Position numbers and translations under genes: made by a program. A stretch of DNA of 64,000 bases from Eledone cirrhosa (Eukaryota). The notes beneath the pieces were generated by a model. That model did not search any database, was not told the origin of the DNA, and saw nothing but the letters and a program-made list of their open reading frames with translations. The DNA lies in NCBI GenBank assembly GCA_964016885.1, contig OZ024742.1, positions 194,494,001-194,558,000 of the forward strand. Direction: 5' to 3'. Shown one piece after another: positions 37,443 through 50,324 of this stretch (positions are counted from its first letter, which is position 1; every line of letters begins with the position of its first letter).

Positions 37443-40400
37443 ACTTTGAGTCTCAGTCATTGATGTTATTTAACTGGAAAGTTTGTTGAAATGAATATCA
37501 AGCCGCTATCTGCAGCCTCAGATATATAGGACGTATCGGAGGGTTCTTGCTGTTCCCAGCAAGCATGCCATTTGAAGTGTTCCAAAAAGCGGGGCGGGAC
37601 CAACTTTATTTAACCATCCTCGGAAACTCTTTGAAATAGTACCTAGTGCGCCTATGACAATCGGGACCACTTTGACCTCATGGCAGTTCCAAATCCTTTT
37701 TACCTCCCACTTTAAGTCCTGGTATCGGTAATTTTCTCCCTCTCCTTCTCTTGCACTCTCGTGTGGAATGGGCAGGCCACATCCTCAATCAAGACTCGAT
37801 CTTTTTTCCTTGTCCAAAACCACCAGGTGAGGTCTATTGTGTTCCAATTTCTTGTCCGTCTGTATCCTAAAGTCCCACAGCACCTTCACCTGATCGTTTT
37901 CTATCACCGACTCTGGCTTATGCTCATACCACTTGTCAGAATATGGTAAATTGTTTACTTTGCATAGGTGCCAGTGGATCACCCTGCCCGCCACATCATG
38001 TCTCCAGCCTTTATAGTGAATCTGGGCTAGGTGTTTACACTCGGATAAAATGTGAGCCACAGTCTCCTCTCTCTCCACAGATCCTGCACAGTGGGCTAGA
38101 CTCCTCCTTGTAAATATGTTGTTTCCAGCACATCGTTTTGAGGGCCGGCTCTTGCACAGCCATTAGCATTCCTTCTGTAGCCTTTTTAAGGTCTCCTCTT
38201 TTCAACCAGTTCCATGTCTGTGGATCTCTGAATTCAGTTTTCTCAAAGAAGGTACTATGAAGGGATTTTTCATGAAGGCTGCTCTTTCTCCTTGTTGTTA
38301 TTTCCTCCTTGGATATCCCCTGGTCTATTGTCTTCTCCTTCAGTACAATTCTGAGCATTGGCTCCTTACTATCAGTCACGTATTTGTGTAGGTTGTTTTT
38401 CTCCATCTGAACACAGTCCTCTATGATGATAAGACGTCTTCCACCTTCAGATCTCCTTAAGTAGAGTCTATCAACATCACTCCTCTTGTGGAACATGTTG
38501 TAGATAGTCAATAGCTTCCTAGTCTTCCTATCCATTTCTTTTTGTTCAGCAACATTCCATCTCAGAATTCAGCACTGTACCTAATAATAGACACAGCTCG
38601 GGAATTAAACTGCACTTATGGCATTCCTACTGTTCAGATGTTCCTTCATTTATTTGTTCTTGATGTCATCAGCCTCCAGAACACCCAAATACTTGTATCC
38701 TTCCTCAGTGTCAATTTCCTTTATCATCTCACCTGTTGGTACCTGGATTCCATTGTTTCTGCTCAGTTTACACCTCTTCATCACAAGGACTCCACATTTA
38801 CTAATACCAAATTGCATACATATATTATTGCTGAAAATATGGACAGTGTCAACAAGCACATCCAACTCATTCTCACTCTTCCCGAAGAGCTTAAGATCGT
38901 CCATGAAGAGAAGGTGATTGATGGTGAGCTCTCCCTTTCCCAACTTGTATCCTGCTCTCACTTTTCGCAGTATAATGGTCAGGGGCATCAGGGCAATGAC
39001 AAACAACAGAGGGGACAGACTATCTCCCTGGAAGATACCTCTCTTGATCTTCCCTGATTTGACCATTCAGTCGTTTCTTCCACCAAGGTTCTGATCTTTC
39101 TTGTAGTTTCCTCTTGCTTTTATGCCAAGTAATTTCCTCACCGCATTTGCTGTTGCTTTGAGGATATTGTTGCACTGGTGAAGGCTCCTCGTCTCAAGGT
39201 ATGGATGACTTTGTTTACCTTAGCTGTTGTTTCTTTTAACTTTTTCTTGTCTACAAATCTTAGGTTCATAGGTTTCCCACTATCATTGTTCAATTATTCT
39301 AACACTAAGTTTTGGATATCAACCAAACCTTGTCCTAGCCCGTCAGCATTCATCTCCTCAATGGCCGTATCTTTGTTCCAGATGTTATTTATTTCAGCAT
39401 TCAGATCATTGTCTGCTTCGGATGGTCCTCCGTTCTCTCAACCTCTTCACCTTCATTTCCCACTAGCTCGTTTGCCTGGCATACTCCACTCTCCATTTCC
39501 AACCTAATCTCTCTGCTCAGTTCCTCCAGTTCCACCTCGCTTATCTACCCATTAGTTCTTATTACCCGAGCCTGCCCGGCCAATTTTTGTACATCTAATT
39601 TAAATAGACCAATCTCGTTCCAGATGTTATGCATACGTTTCCTATAGCCTTTCTCCTTGGGGTTACTCTTCAGGTAACATTGCATAACAGTTCTATTTAA
39701 TTATTTCGTCCAGTTGGTTCTGGTCCCTTTCCTTCTTCTTCCTCCGACACCAACAGTATTTGGATGACAGCCAGGTCCCTGCTGCTGAGCCAGGGAGCAC
39801 CTGCTGGGTGAGAGTCTGTCACATGACATTCCAGTCTCCACTTCACCGTTATTCGAACTGTTTAGGTTCGACATTGAAACACTCTTATCGAGGATTGGTG
39901 AATTACATAACCACCGGTGACTTCAACACCTCCGGTGATTTCATCACTTCCGGTGATTTTAGTGTGGCACTATCACGCTGTAAACGAACATAAATAAACA
40001 AACAAACAAATAGGTAAAAGAAAAAAAAAAGAATAATACATAAGTTTCATTGTAATGTAATGTTTGAATGTCTCACTTAGTATTTTCTTTTCCTTCTCTA
40101 TCTGTCTGTTTGTTTTTCTTTTCTTTACGTTTTTCGTTGCTGCTGTGCTATTTTGATTTTTTGACCGGGTCATCAAATCAGTCTATTTATATCTTTTGAT
40201 GCTTTCCTCTTTTAGTGGTTTTAATACGCGGGCTCTCTTAGCAGGAGGTTGTGGGAGAGAATAGCGGCGGTAGCGATAATGAGGCAGTGGTGGTGGTGAT
40301 GTGATCGTAGTACTGTAGTGATGGTGTTGAAGTTGATGTAGAAATAGAAATTGAGTTAACTTGACTAGAGTTTTTGGCGTGGTAGTGGTGATGGTGTTGG

Positions 40401-40590
40401 TGGTGAAATAATTTGCCTGTCTGTCCACTAAGCCATTTTGCCATTTTTCACTTTTTCAACTATAACATTTCTGATCCAAAATTAAATATTAAATATTGGG
40501 GCCCCTATGCCGTAATGTGATGCGTTGTAATCTAATACTTCATTTGTAATAAGTATTTTTCTATCACAGTTGTTTTAAATAAGTAAAGAA
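37443..40590 (-). mobile_element. Older Dong subfamily A' copy with internal deletion and divergent 5' UTR
   Basis: Frameshifted homologs of the family A ORF. Jumps from the RT GIFQGD region to the N-terminal region near 39050. Confidence 0.9.
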
Positions 40591-40591
40591 A

Positions 40592-40625
<34 letters not shown>

Positions 40626-40626
<1 letters not shown>

Positions 40627-41826
40627 AGCTGCATTTATCTTGCTTTATGTTCATACGAGTTATCACCAAGTCACAACCAGTGACCTTAAGAGACAACAAG
40701 GTCCGCCATGTTCAAGAAAGAATATACATATACACACATGCATCTTTAGGTGTTTAGACTTGTGATGTACTTATATTGACAGAATGTTACTTAGTATATG
40801 GGAAGTTCCCATTAGTACTATCTTTTGTATTTCTCCTATACGCGGGTTTCCTAGTATTTGCGATAAGTAATCATTAGGCCCCTTAGGTATCATTCCTGGA
40901 GCGCCTACAACCACTGGTATTGTTTTAGTTCTCAATTTCCACATTTTTCCAATTTCTATCTCCAGGTCCTTATACTTGCTCAATTTTTCAAATGTTTTTA
41001 TAGATACATTCTTGTCTATTGGAACGGACATATCAATTAGCAGGCATACCCTCTTTTTAAAGTCCTTCAATATTATATTAGGTCTATTTGCATCTATTTT
41101 TCGGTCTGTTTGGATGCTAAAGTTCCACAAGATTGAGATGTGATCTTTTTCTTTTTCAAGTATGGGAGGTGTTTGATGCTCCCACCAATTCTTTTGATGG
41201 GGCAGGTCAAAATGCTTACAAATTATCCAATGTATGTATTGTGCAGCTCTGTCATGCCTGTTTAGGTATTCGGTTGGAGCATTGAAATTATATGGTCAAT
41301 GATCTCTGGTTGTTTTTTACATACACGGCATAATCGGCTGCATCCATTTTTTATTATGTTGGCTTGGTAATTTTTTGTTGGCAGACACTGATCTTGTGCT
41401 GATATAATCAGTCCTTCAGTCTCCGATTTCAGTCCAGAGGATGCCAACCACTGATGGGTTAAAGTGTTGTCAACATCAGGATTGTTAGCTCGTTCTGGGT
41501 ATTTTCCGTAGACAGGCTTTTATTGCCATTTCTTAGCCAGTTCTGTAGCAGTTCTTTCTTTGCAGTTACTTTTACTTGCTTTGCTTTTTCTGTGTTTTCC
41601 ATTTCAGCAGTAAATGGGACTTCTGAAATGTGTAGTCCGTTACTGTATCTTTGTGCATCTTTTGTAATGGAGTATGATCTTTTGATGCTTTCGTGTTTCA
41701 AAACGAGTTTGATCATCCAATCATGTGATTCCCTTAGATATGTAGATAATCCAATTGTTTCAGTTTTCAACGCAATGTCTAACTGGATTAACCCACGTCC
41801 TCCTTCTTTCCTAGGGAGATATATTC
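40626..41826 (-). mobile_element. 5'-truncated Dong family B copy
   Basis: Matches 50325-51541 (DANRPNII...LIDMSVP...KLSKYKDL); followed by (CTT)n(TTA)n. Confidence 0.9.
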
Positions 41827-41847
41827 TTCTTCTTCTTCTTCTTCTTC

Positions 41848-41923
<76 letters not shown>

Positions 41924-41924
<1 letters not shown>

Positions 41925-42163
41925 GTTGAATTTACCTTGCTTTATGTGCAAACGAGTTATCACCAAGTCACAACCAGTGACCTCAAGAGACAACAAGGTC
42001 CGCCATGTCCAAGAAAGATCATACATACACACACATGCATCTTTAGGTGTTTAGACTTTTGATGTACTTATATTGACACAATCTTCCTTAGTATATGAGC
42101 ATTTCCCATTAGTACTATCTTTTGTATTTCTCCTATACGCGGGTTTCCTGGGATTTGCGATAA
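41924..42163 (-). mobile_element. Dong family B 3' stub (~240 bp)
   Basis: Matches the family B 3' UTR and ORF end; between (TTA)n tracts. Confidence 0.9.
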
Positions 42164-42211
<48 letters not shown>

Positions 42212-42212
42212 G

Positions 42213-44485
42213 TTCTCTGAGTTTCAGTCATTGATGTTATTTAAATGGAAAGTTTGTTGAAATGAATATCAAGCCACTACCTGCAGCCTCAGATATTCAG
42301 GACCTATCGGAGGGTTCATGCTGTTCCCAGCAAAGATGCCTTTTAAGTGTTCCAAAAAGCGTGAAAGGGCCAATTTTCTTTAACCATCCTCGGAAACTCA
42401 TTCAGATAGTACCTAGTGCGCCTGTGACAGCCGGGACCACTTTGACTTCATGGCTGTTCCAAATCCTTTTTACCTTCCACTTTAAATCCTGGTATCGGTT
42501 AATTTTCTCCCTCTCCTTCTCTTGCACTCTCGTGTCGAATGGGCAGGGTACATCCACAAGCAGGCGCGATCTTTTTCCCTTGTCTAAAACCACCAGGTCA
42601 GGTCTATTGTGTTCCAGTTTCTTGTCCGTCTGTATCCTAAAATCCATAACACCTTCACCTGATCGTTTCCCATCACCGACTATGGCTTATGCTCATACCA
42701 CTTCTCAGAATTTGGTAAATTGTTTACTTTGCATAGGTGCCAGTGGATCACCCTGCCCATCACATCATGTCTGCAGCCTTTAGAGTGTATCTGGGCTAGG
42801 TGTTTACACTCGGATACAATGTGAGCCACGGTCTCATCTCATTCTTTCCACAGATCCTACACGGTGGGCTAGCCTCCTCCTTGTATATATGGTGTTTCAG
42901 CCACTTCGTTTTGAGGGCCTGCTCTTGCGCAGCCATTAGCATTCCTTCTGTAGCCTTTTTAAGGTCTCTTCTTTTCAACCAGTTCCATGTCTGTGGATCT
43001 CTAACTTCAGTTTTCTCAAATAAGGCACTGTGAAGGGGTTTTTCTTGAAGGTTTCTCTTCCTCCTTGTTGTTATTTCCTCCCTGGACATACCCTGGTCCT
43101 CTCCTTCACTACAATTCTGAGCATTGGCTCCCTACTACCAGTCACGTATTTGTGTAGGTTGTTTTTCTCCATCTGAACACAGTCCTCTATGCTTATAAGA
43201 CCTCTTCCCCCTTCAGATCTCCTTAAGTAGAGTCTATCGAAATCACTCCTTTTGTGGAACATGTTGTAGATAGTCAATAGCTTCCTAGTCTTCCTATCCA
43301 TTTCTTTTTGTTCAGCAACATTCCATCTCAGAATTCCCGCACTGTACCTAATAATAGACACAGCACGGGAATTTACTGCACTTATGGCATTCCTACTGTT
43401 CAGATATGACTTTAATACGCTCCTTACTCTCCGAATGCATTCAGTTCTTATCAATTCCTTCATTTTTTTGTTCTTGATGTCATCAGCCTCCAGAACGCCC
43501 AAATACTTGTATCCTTCTTCAGCATCAATTTCCTTTATCATCTCACCTGTTGGTACCTGGATTCCGTTCATTTGTACCACGGGACTTATTTCGGAATCAT
43601 TTCTGTTCGTCCGGTAACAAGTTGTTTGTGTGGAGGTGATGGTAGATTTCCTCAGACACAATGCTTGTTAACAGTTTCTACATTACAGATAGACATGTGA
43701 TAGGTCTATAGTTGGTAACATCATTACCCTTGATTCGGTCTTTCATTACCAGGACTGTGGTAACTTCTGTCAACCACTCTGGTACCTCACCCGACATCAA
43801 GCAGTCATTGAACATGATTGTCAGTTTCAGGTTTAGTGATGTTATGTTTTTAATTCAATACCCCTGCACACCATCTCGGCCTGGTGATTTCCAGTTGGTT
43901 AGTTTTTTGGCCTGCCCTTTAAGAGTTTCAACTGTGATACTCAAATCAGTATGTTGGAGTGCTTGTTCACTAATCTCCTTTTGTACTGTCTCAATCCACA
44001 CTGCCTGATCATTATGTTCAACATCCTGCTCCCATATTCCTCTCCAGAACGTCTTAGTCTATTCTGCCTCAGGGATCAAGTCGTTGCCTCTTTCTTTCCC
44101 TTCAAGCTGCCCAAACAACATCTTCTGGTTGTTGTCAAATATGCGGTTCTGTCTATACTGACTGACTCTGCTCTCGTATCGCCTAATTAGCAAAGAGCTA
44201 CAATGCGTTGCTTCAGTTCCTCTATGATAATATTTAGCTTTTTATTCCTAGTTTTGTATTTTATTTCTAGTCTATTTTTAGTGTCTATGTTTTGTAGCGT
44301 CCCATTCAGTAGGGACTCTAGCTTTCCAATGTCATTTCTCATTTCCCTGATTTGACCATTCAATCGTTTCTTCCACCAAGATTCTGATCTCTCTTGTTTG
44401 TTGTTTCCTCTCGTTTTTATGCCAAGTAATTTCCTCACCGCATTTGCTGTTGCTTTGAGGATATTGTTGCATTGGTGAAGGTTAC
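42213..44485 (-). mobile_element. 5'-truncated, internally deleted Dong subfamily A' copy
   Basis: Frameshifted homologs of the family A ORF; RT core deleted near 43566. Confidence 0.9.
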
Positions 44486-44520
44486 TTATTATTATTATTA
44501 TTAATATTATTATTCTTATT

Positions 44521-47500
44521 GAATGCCATGGTTGACGGAGGCTCGGCTCTGTAAGGTATTGTAAATTTTAACCGCTATAACAATTGTAAATTGTTTATAA
44601 CTTTAACCAGATTGTAGACAAAAACACCCTCCTCCTCGTGAGAGGGGTCTTTGTGCCCGTTATTTAGCCCTTCGGGGTTAAATAACCGCTTATTGGCGTT
44701 TTGTGCTCAATATTTATTTTAAACCAAAAAAAGCATGTCTACAAATAAGTCAGTCCCACTCATTCCGTTTTCTTCTTCCTCAATCGTCACTACACCAGAG
44801 AGAAAAATGTCTCTCTCTCTCCTTTCTTTAAATGTGTCTCTCTCCCTCCCTTCTCTTTCACAAGCGACGCCAGTAAAGAAAAAGAAAAATATAGTTTCTG
44901 ATACTTTCCTCGAGCACGACGACGACAACGACGAAAAATGTGAGCGGTAAATACGGAAACCCATTTCATTCGTCTGACGTCATGAATAATAGCAGTAGAA
45001 GCCATAATAACAGCAGCATCAGCAACAGTGACAAGGAAACCAACAGTAGCAGCCGCAACAGCATCAGCAGCTGCATAAACAGCATCAGCATTAGCAGTAA
45101 CAGCAACAACAACAGCAGCAGCAGCAACAACAACAACAACCACAGCAACAGCGGCGGCGGCAGTAGTCGTAGTACCAGCAACAACAACAAAAGTAACAGC
45201 AGCTCTGACGACAACAACAACAGCAACAACAAAGAAAAACCAATCTCGTTTGCAGGTATCTCAAAGAACCTGGAAACTATCCTCATAACAAATGAGGAAT
45301 TACAGGAAGCAAAGAAGATGGTAAATAAAACTGGACACCGAGCAATCTGCAAGGCAGCCGAAAAGTTTTTTCGAAACCCAACAGCACTGTACGGTCACGT
45401 ACCGTACAGTAAGCACAAAATCCCGTAGAGTTGAAAGAGCCACAGAGGCTCAAATACAAAAAGCCTTCGGGTCTGTGTGGCAGGGGAAACGCATATCACC
45501 CGAGGCAAGAAATATGCCACCGTAGACGTGCTTTTTGCCACACCCCAGGAGGCAAAGGCTCAATCCTTAGTGACCCTAAGGAGCGAGGAAATGGTGTTGG
45601 TGCCCTCCTACTGCGGGCAAAAAATTGTGAGGGTCAAACTGCCAAGTTGGCCCCTTCTTGGCTGGCCGCGTCTGTCCTCGTCTGAATCGAGGACAAAACA
45701 ACTCTACTGCATGTACAGAAAAAGGTAAGCGAAGATTGGGTCAGCACCTCCATTGAGATGTTAATCCAAACCAACCAGGAGTGCATCGAAGCTATCCCGG
45801 ATGTGATAGACTTCGATAACGGCACTCAATTGCCCATAAGTGTTGAGGGCAAACGCCCGAAATGCTTTCGCTGTGGATCGAAGACTCACCTCAGGGCCTT
45901 CTGCAATGAGAAGACCCTGAGAAAGGAGAAAACTCCCTTCTTCCGAAACCGGCTCCACTGCTACCAGCAACAGGACAAGCAGCAACCAGGAACGATAGGT
46001 CTGTGGCACCCATACCCACGCCACGGAAATCAAGAACAGCAGCAGCAGTGGAAGCATTAAGAACAACAACAGTAATACCAACTGCAGCTGCAACAGAGAC
46101 TCCACTGCAAACATCACCAACAACAAGTGAAAGAGTGGAGCTGGTACCCCTCCCCGACCTCACAGAATCAGACATGGAGTGTGAGGTAGGAGAGGGATGG
46201 CAAAAGATCGCAGGAAAGCACAAACGCAGAAGCATCGCATCGTCGCCTTCGAAAAGGGAGGACAGAAATGAAAAAAGGGTAAAGGCTACTGCAAAGAGAC
46301 TCACAGTAGCAACACCACCAACACAATCACCACCCACACTAGCACCACCATCAACACCGGCGACAACCCCACCGCCAACAACAACAACACATTCAACACC
46401 ACAAGCACCAACATCGCAAACACAACAACAAAACACACACACCCAGCAACAACGACAAGAAAATAGCAGAACCACACCCCACCCCCAGAAAAACAAATGC
46501 ACGGCAATAAATACACACAACAAGAAACTAATGACTTACATCATTGAACACAGACATTTCACAACACGACTACATAATACCAGCACCAATCAAAACACCA
46601 ACAAACATAAGACTGGTAAGAATAGCACAGAAACACTACATAAGCATTAAAACAAAATTCCCCAACGCAGTAGGTAATTTCAGAGACCTGGGAGGGACTC
46701 TCAACCGGAGAGTATATTCGGACATGCTCATAGAAGAGCCGACGAGCAGTCGAATGGACTATTCAACGGTCCCTTCATCAGACGATCAAGTGAAAAGGGA
46801 TGGAGAAGCCATCCTTCCTCTACGAAAAGTAAGGTAAGTGGTCTCTCCCATCTTATCCACTCCATTTCAACATGACGTCACTCAAAATAGGCAGCATAAA
46901 TGCGCGTGGCTTGGTGTCGTCATGGAAGCAGGGCCACCTGCTCAACGACATCAGGTCACTAAACATAGATGTAGTGGCCATCAGCGAGACCAGAACCTCC
47001 TAAGCACGGGCCTTCGCACCGATCTTCGGCGGCTACGATGTGTACGCATCTCCCAGCCATCCTGGATCGGGGGTGGAGTTGCTGTGCTTTTTCGGAGAGG
47101 TTTGGATCTCGCCATACGGGACATCTTCCTGGACCCAGGAGGTAAGTTGGTGGTGCTGGACGTGACCAGCGGATACGGGCAAGCTTTCAGGCTAGTGGCT
47201 GTCTATGCCCCGACAGGAGCAGGGCGGCCTGACTCCTTCCGGCGTCTGGAGAGCTTTCTTGGAAAGTCCCGCTCTTTAGTGTTAGTGGGCGACTGGAACG
47301 GGATCTTAGATGCACGCTGGGACTGTGTGGGATTAGCGGATAGGAGAGGAGGGTGCAAGAGCCTCACCAATTTGTTCAGGCGTTTTGAACTGTCTAACAG
47401 GTACCGATTGGATTTCCTGAATGTGCCAATATGGACTTGGACAAATCGCATAGGGTCATCCAGATCATATCTAGATAGAGTATTTTGTAGGGAAATAGAT

Positions 47501-49760
47501 AGGTATAGCATAGGCTGTCCACAATTCAACATAGTCAGCTACACAGACCACAAATTCGTGATCCGTGTGCTTCACTTAGATAGGCTTCATAGACGAGGAC
47601 CCGGCTACTGGAAGCTAAACGCGTCCTTACCAGCGCGCAAGGCCTACAGAGACCGGATTTACGAACTAGTTAAGAGGGCGTTGACAGGGTCCATCGTCAA
47701 CAACAGGTGATGGTTTGCTCTGAAAAGAGCGATTAGAATAGAGTCCATTAGGTTCAGTAAGGCTTTAGCAATAGAGAAAAATAGAGCAGAGGGAGAATTA
47801 GTTAGAAAATTAGACGAGGCGCTTAGCAAAGGCATCGCAACCGACGTACTTGACCAATTCTTCAATGCAAAGCACGAAGGCTGCGTTGTCAGAGCTAGCG
47901 TGCGTGCTCTCAGACACGAGGGGACGAAATCCGTTCAATGGGCCCGAGTGGCGGAGGCGCGTCGTGGCAAAAAAGCCACGATCCGGTCTTTGGTGGACCA
48001 CGACGGACGCATGCTACTCGATCCCGGGCAAATGTGTGAAGCTTTTCAGCGACACTTCGCTCAGCTATTCGGAGGCATCGGTGGGCCGGGTTGAGGGATG
48101 GACTTTAGTGTCTACCTCGACGGACTGCCGCGGCTCTCGGCAACTGGAGCGGAGTGTTGCGAAAAGCCGATTAGAAGCGCTGAAGTACGGGAGGCAATGA
48201 CTGGCTGCACAATGGGTAAATCGCCTGGTTTGGATGGTCTGCCCTATGAACTTTACGTACAGATGCCATAACTCTGCTAAACACAGATTCCAAGAGATTG
48301 GCCAAGGTGCTAGCAAAGAGGTTGGCGCTTGTTGGTGGTCTGGTGGGAGAGGTGCAGACATGCGCCATTCCGGAGAGATCCCTCCACGCCAACCTCCATC
48401 TCATGCGATATATCGTAGAGAGGGTAGCTAGGGAACCTGGCACGGGTGGTTCCTTGATCAATTTAGATCAGTCGAAAGCTTTCGATAGGGTCGACCATAG
48501 TTACCTAGCGGCAGTTCTGAAGGCGGCTGGCTTTGGGCCCGTCTTCAGAGATTGGATCGCTGCCATGCACAGCAACATCTGCTCTGTGGTGAGAGTGAAC
48601 GGTCACCTTTCAGAACCGTTCAACATCATGCGCTCTGTCGGCCAAGGATGTCCCCTCTCGTCCCTCTTGTACGTATTGACACTCGAGCCATTACTGCACA
48701 GACTGGAGACGTTGAGGTGCGTCCCGTTTGCTCTTTCGCTCTTTCGCTTTTTGCGGAAGGGACACGCTCCGATGGTCAGGCGGTCCATCTGCTGTCAACA
48801 CCCGCTACGCGGAGGGTTGGGATTGCCGTGGCTGATGATGCGCAGACACGCGCACAGGCTACGACATCTTCCTCGACGGTGATCAGGTGTGGTCGCCGTT
48901 TGCTAGCCGCGTCTTTCCCCAGCTCGTCTCCTTGATGGAGCTGCAGTCCTGGGTCAAGCGAAGACCGAGAGGGAGCGCTTGGAGACTGGAATGTCTTCAG
49001 GCGCTCAAAACCCTCGACCAATCGGGCAATGTGATCGGTGGAAACTCCATATTGGCGTTCTATAGAGGATTAGTGGAGGGGAAGAGCGACGACGGACTTG
49101 GAGAGATGCGCTCAGGGCGACTAAACCGTCCTGCACGCACTCGTCCAGTGTCCGAGCATTGCTGACTAGTGTGTTTATGTCGAACACCTGCTGTCACGTG
49201 TGGGACGGATCCAGCTATCAGCTGAGTCCATCGTGAGGATTGCACCGCCCTCTTACTTTAGCCGGGAAGGGCAGGCAGTTTTTATCTGTCTGGTGGCCAT
49301 GGCGAAAGAGATAGTATGGTGGACACGTTTGAAAGGGCTGAAGACGAGCACTTACCTCTTCGGTGATGCCCTGATAAACTTTTTCAAATTTCGTTTCAAA
49401 CTGAAAATCAGGGTAGAGAGGGGAGTGCACTCTTCCCAGCATTTTGTTGAAAGATGGGTGAGAGAGGCAAGAATGGCTCGAGTGAATGGGCCTACTCTGA
49501 GTATGTGTCTGTAAATTAAAGGTGGAAAACTAGGAGAGGGCACTTGCTCTGGTGGTCAGGGTCTCTGTGGCCTTTTAATGGGCTTTCTCCACAAATGTCC
49601 CTCGCAAATCTCCTCCCTATTGGGTAATTTTTCATTGTTATTTTTTTATTACATCCTCTATCTTTTTTAAACGCAGAAATGCCCATTTGTACCGTCCTGT
49701 ATTGTCCTTACTGGCCTTAATGTCTACTTTATGTAAACCCTTGTGGTTAATAAAGAAAGC
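44521..49760 (+). mobile_element. Near full-length decayed Tx1/L1-clade element: ORF1 with CCHC knuckle, ORF2 with APE and RT
   Basis: CFRCGSKTHLRAFC in ORF1; MTSLKIGSINARGL start at ~46872; VGDWN, YLDRVF, TDH, LDQSKAFDRV. YADD region deleted near 48725. (TTA)n on both flanks. Confidence 0.9.
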
Positions 49761-49782
49761 ATTATTATTATTATTATTATTG

Positions 49783-50298
49783 TTCTTTGAGTCTCAGTCA
49801 TTGATGTTAGTTAACTGGAAAGTTTATTGAAATGAATATCAAGCCACTATCTGCAGCCTCAGATATTCAGGACGTATCGGAGGGTTTTACTGTTCCCAGC
49901 AAACATGCCTTTTGAAGCGTTCCAAAAAGCGTGGCGGGGCCAATTTTCTTTAACCATCCCTGGAAAATTTTGGAGATAGTACTTAGTGCGCCTATGACAA
50001 TCGGGACCACTTTGACTTCATGGCAGTTCCAAATCCTTTTTACCTCCCACTTTAAGTTCTGGTATCGGTTAATTGTCTCCCTCTCCTTCTCTTGCACTCT
50101 CGTGTCGAATGGACAGGCCACATCCACAATCAGGACGATTTTTTTTCTCTCTCCAAAACCACCAGGTCAGGACTATTGTGTTCCAGTTTCTTGTCCGTCT
50201 CTATCCTAAAATCCCACAGCACCTTCACCTCTCAGAATGTGGTATATTGTTTACTTTGCATAGGTGCCAGTGGATCACCCTGCCCACCACATTATGTC
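49783..50298 (-). mobile_element. Dong subfamily A' 3' fragment
   Basis: Endonuclease C-terminus DVACPFDTRV... and the family A-type 3' UTR. Confidence 0.9.
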
Positions 50299-50324
50299 TA
50301 TTATTATTATTATTATTATTATTA

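Noticed and set aside
44940-45428. Ser/Asn-rich ORF as a host gene
   Set aside because: CAG/CAA low-complexity tract inside the frameshifted Tx1 ORF1.
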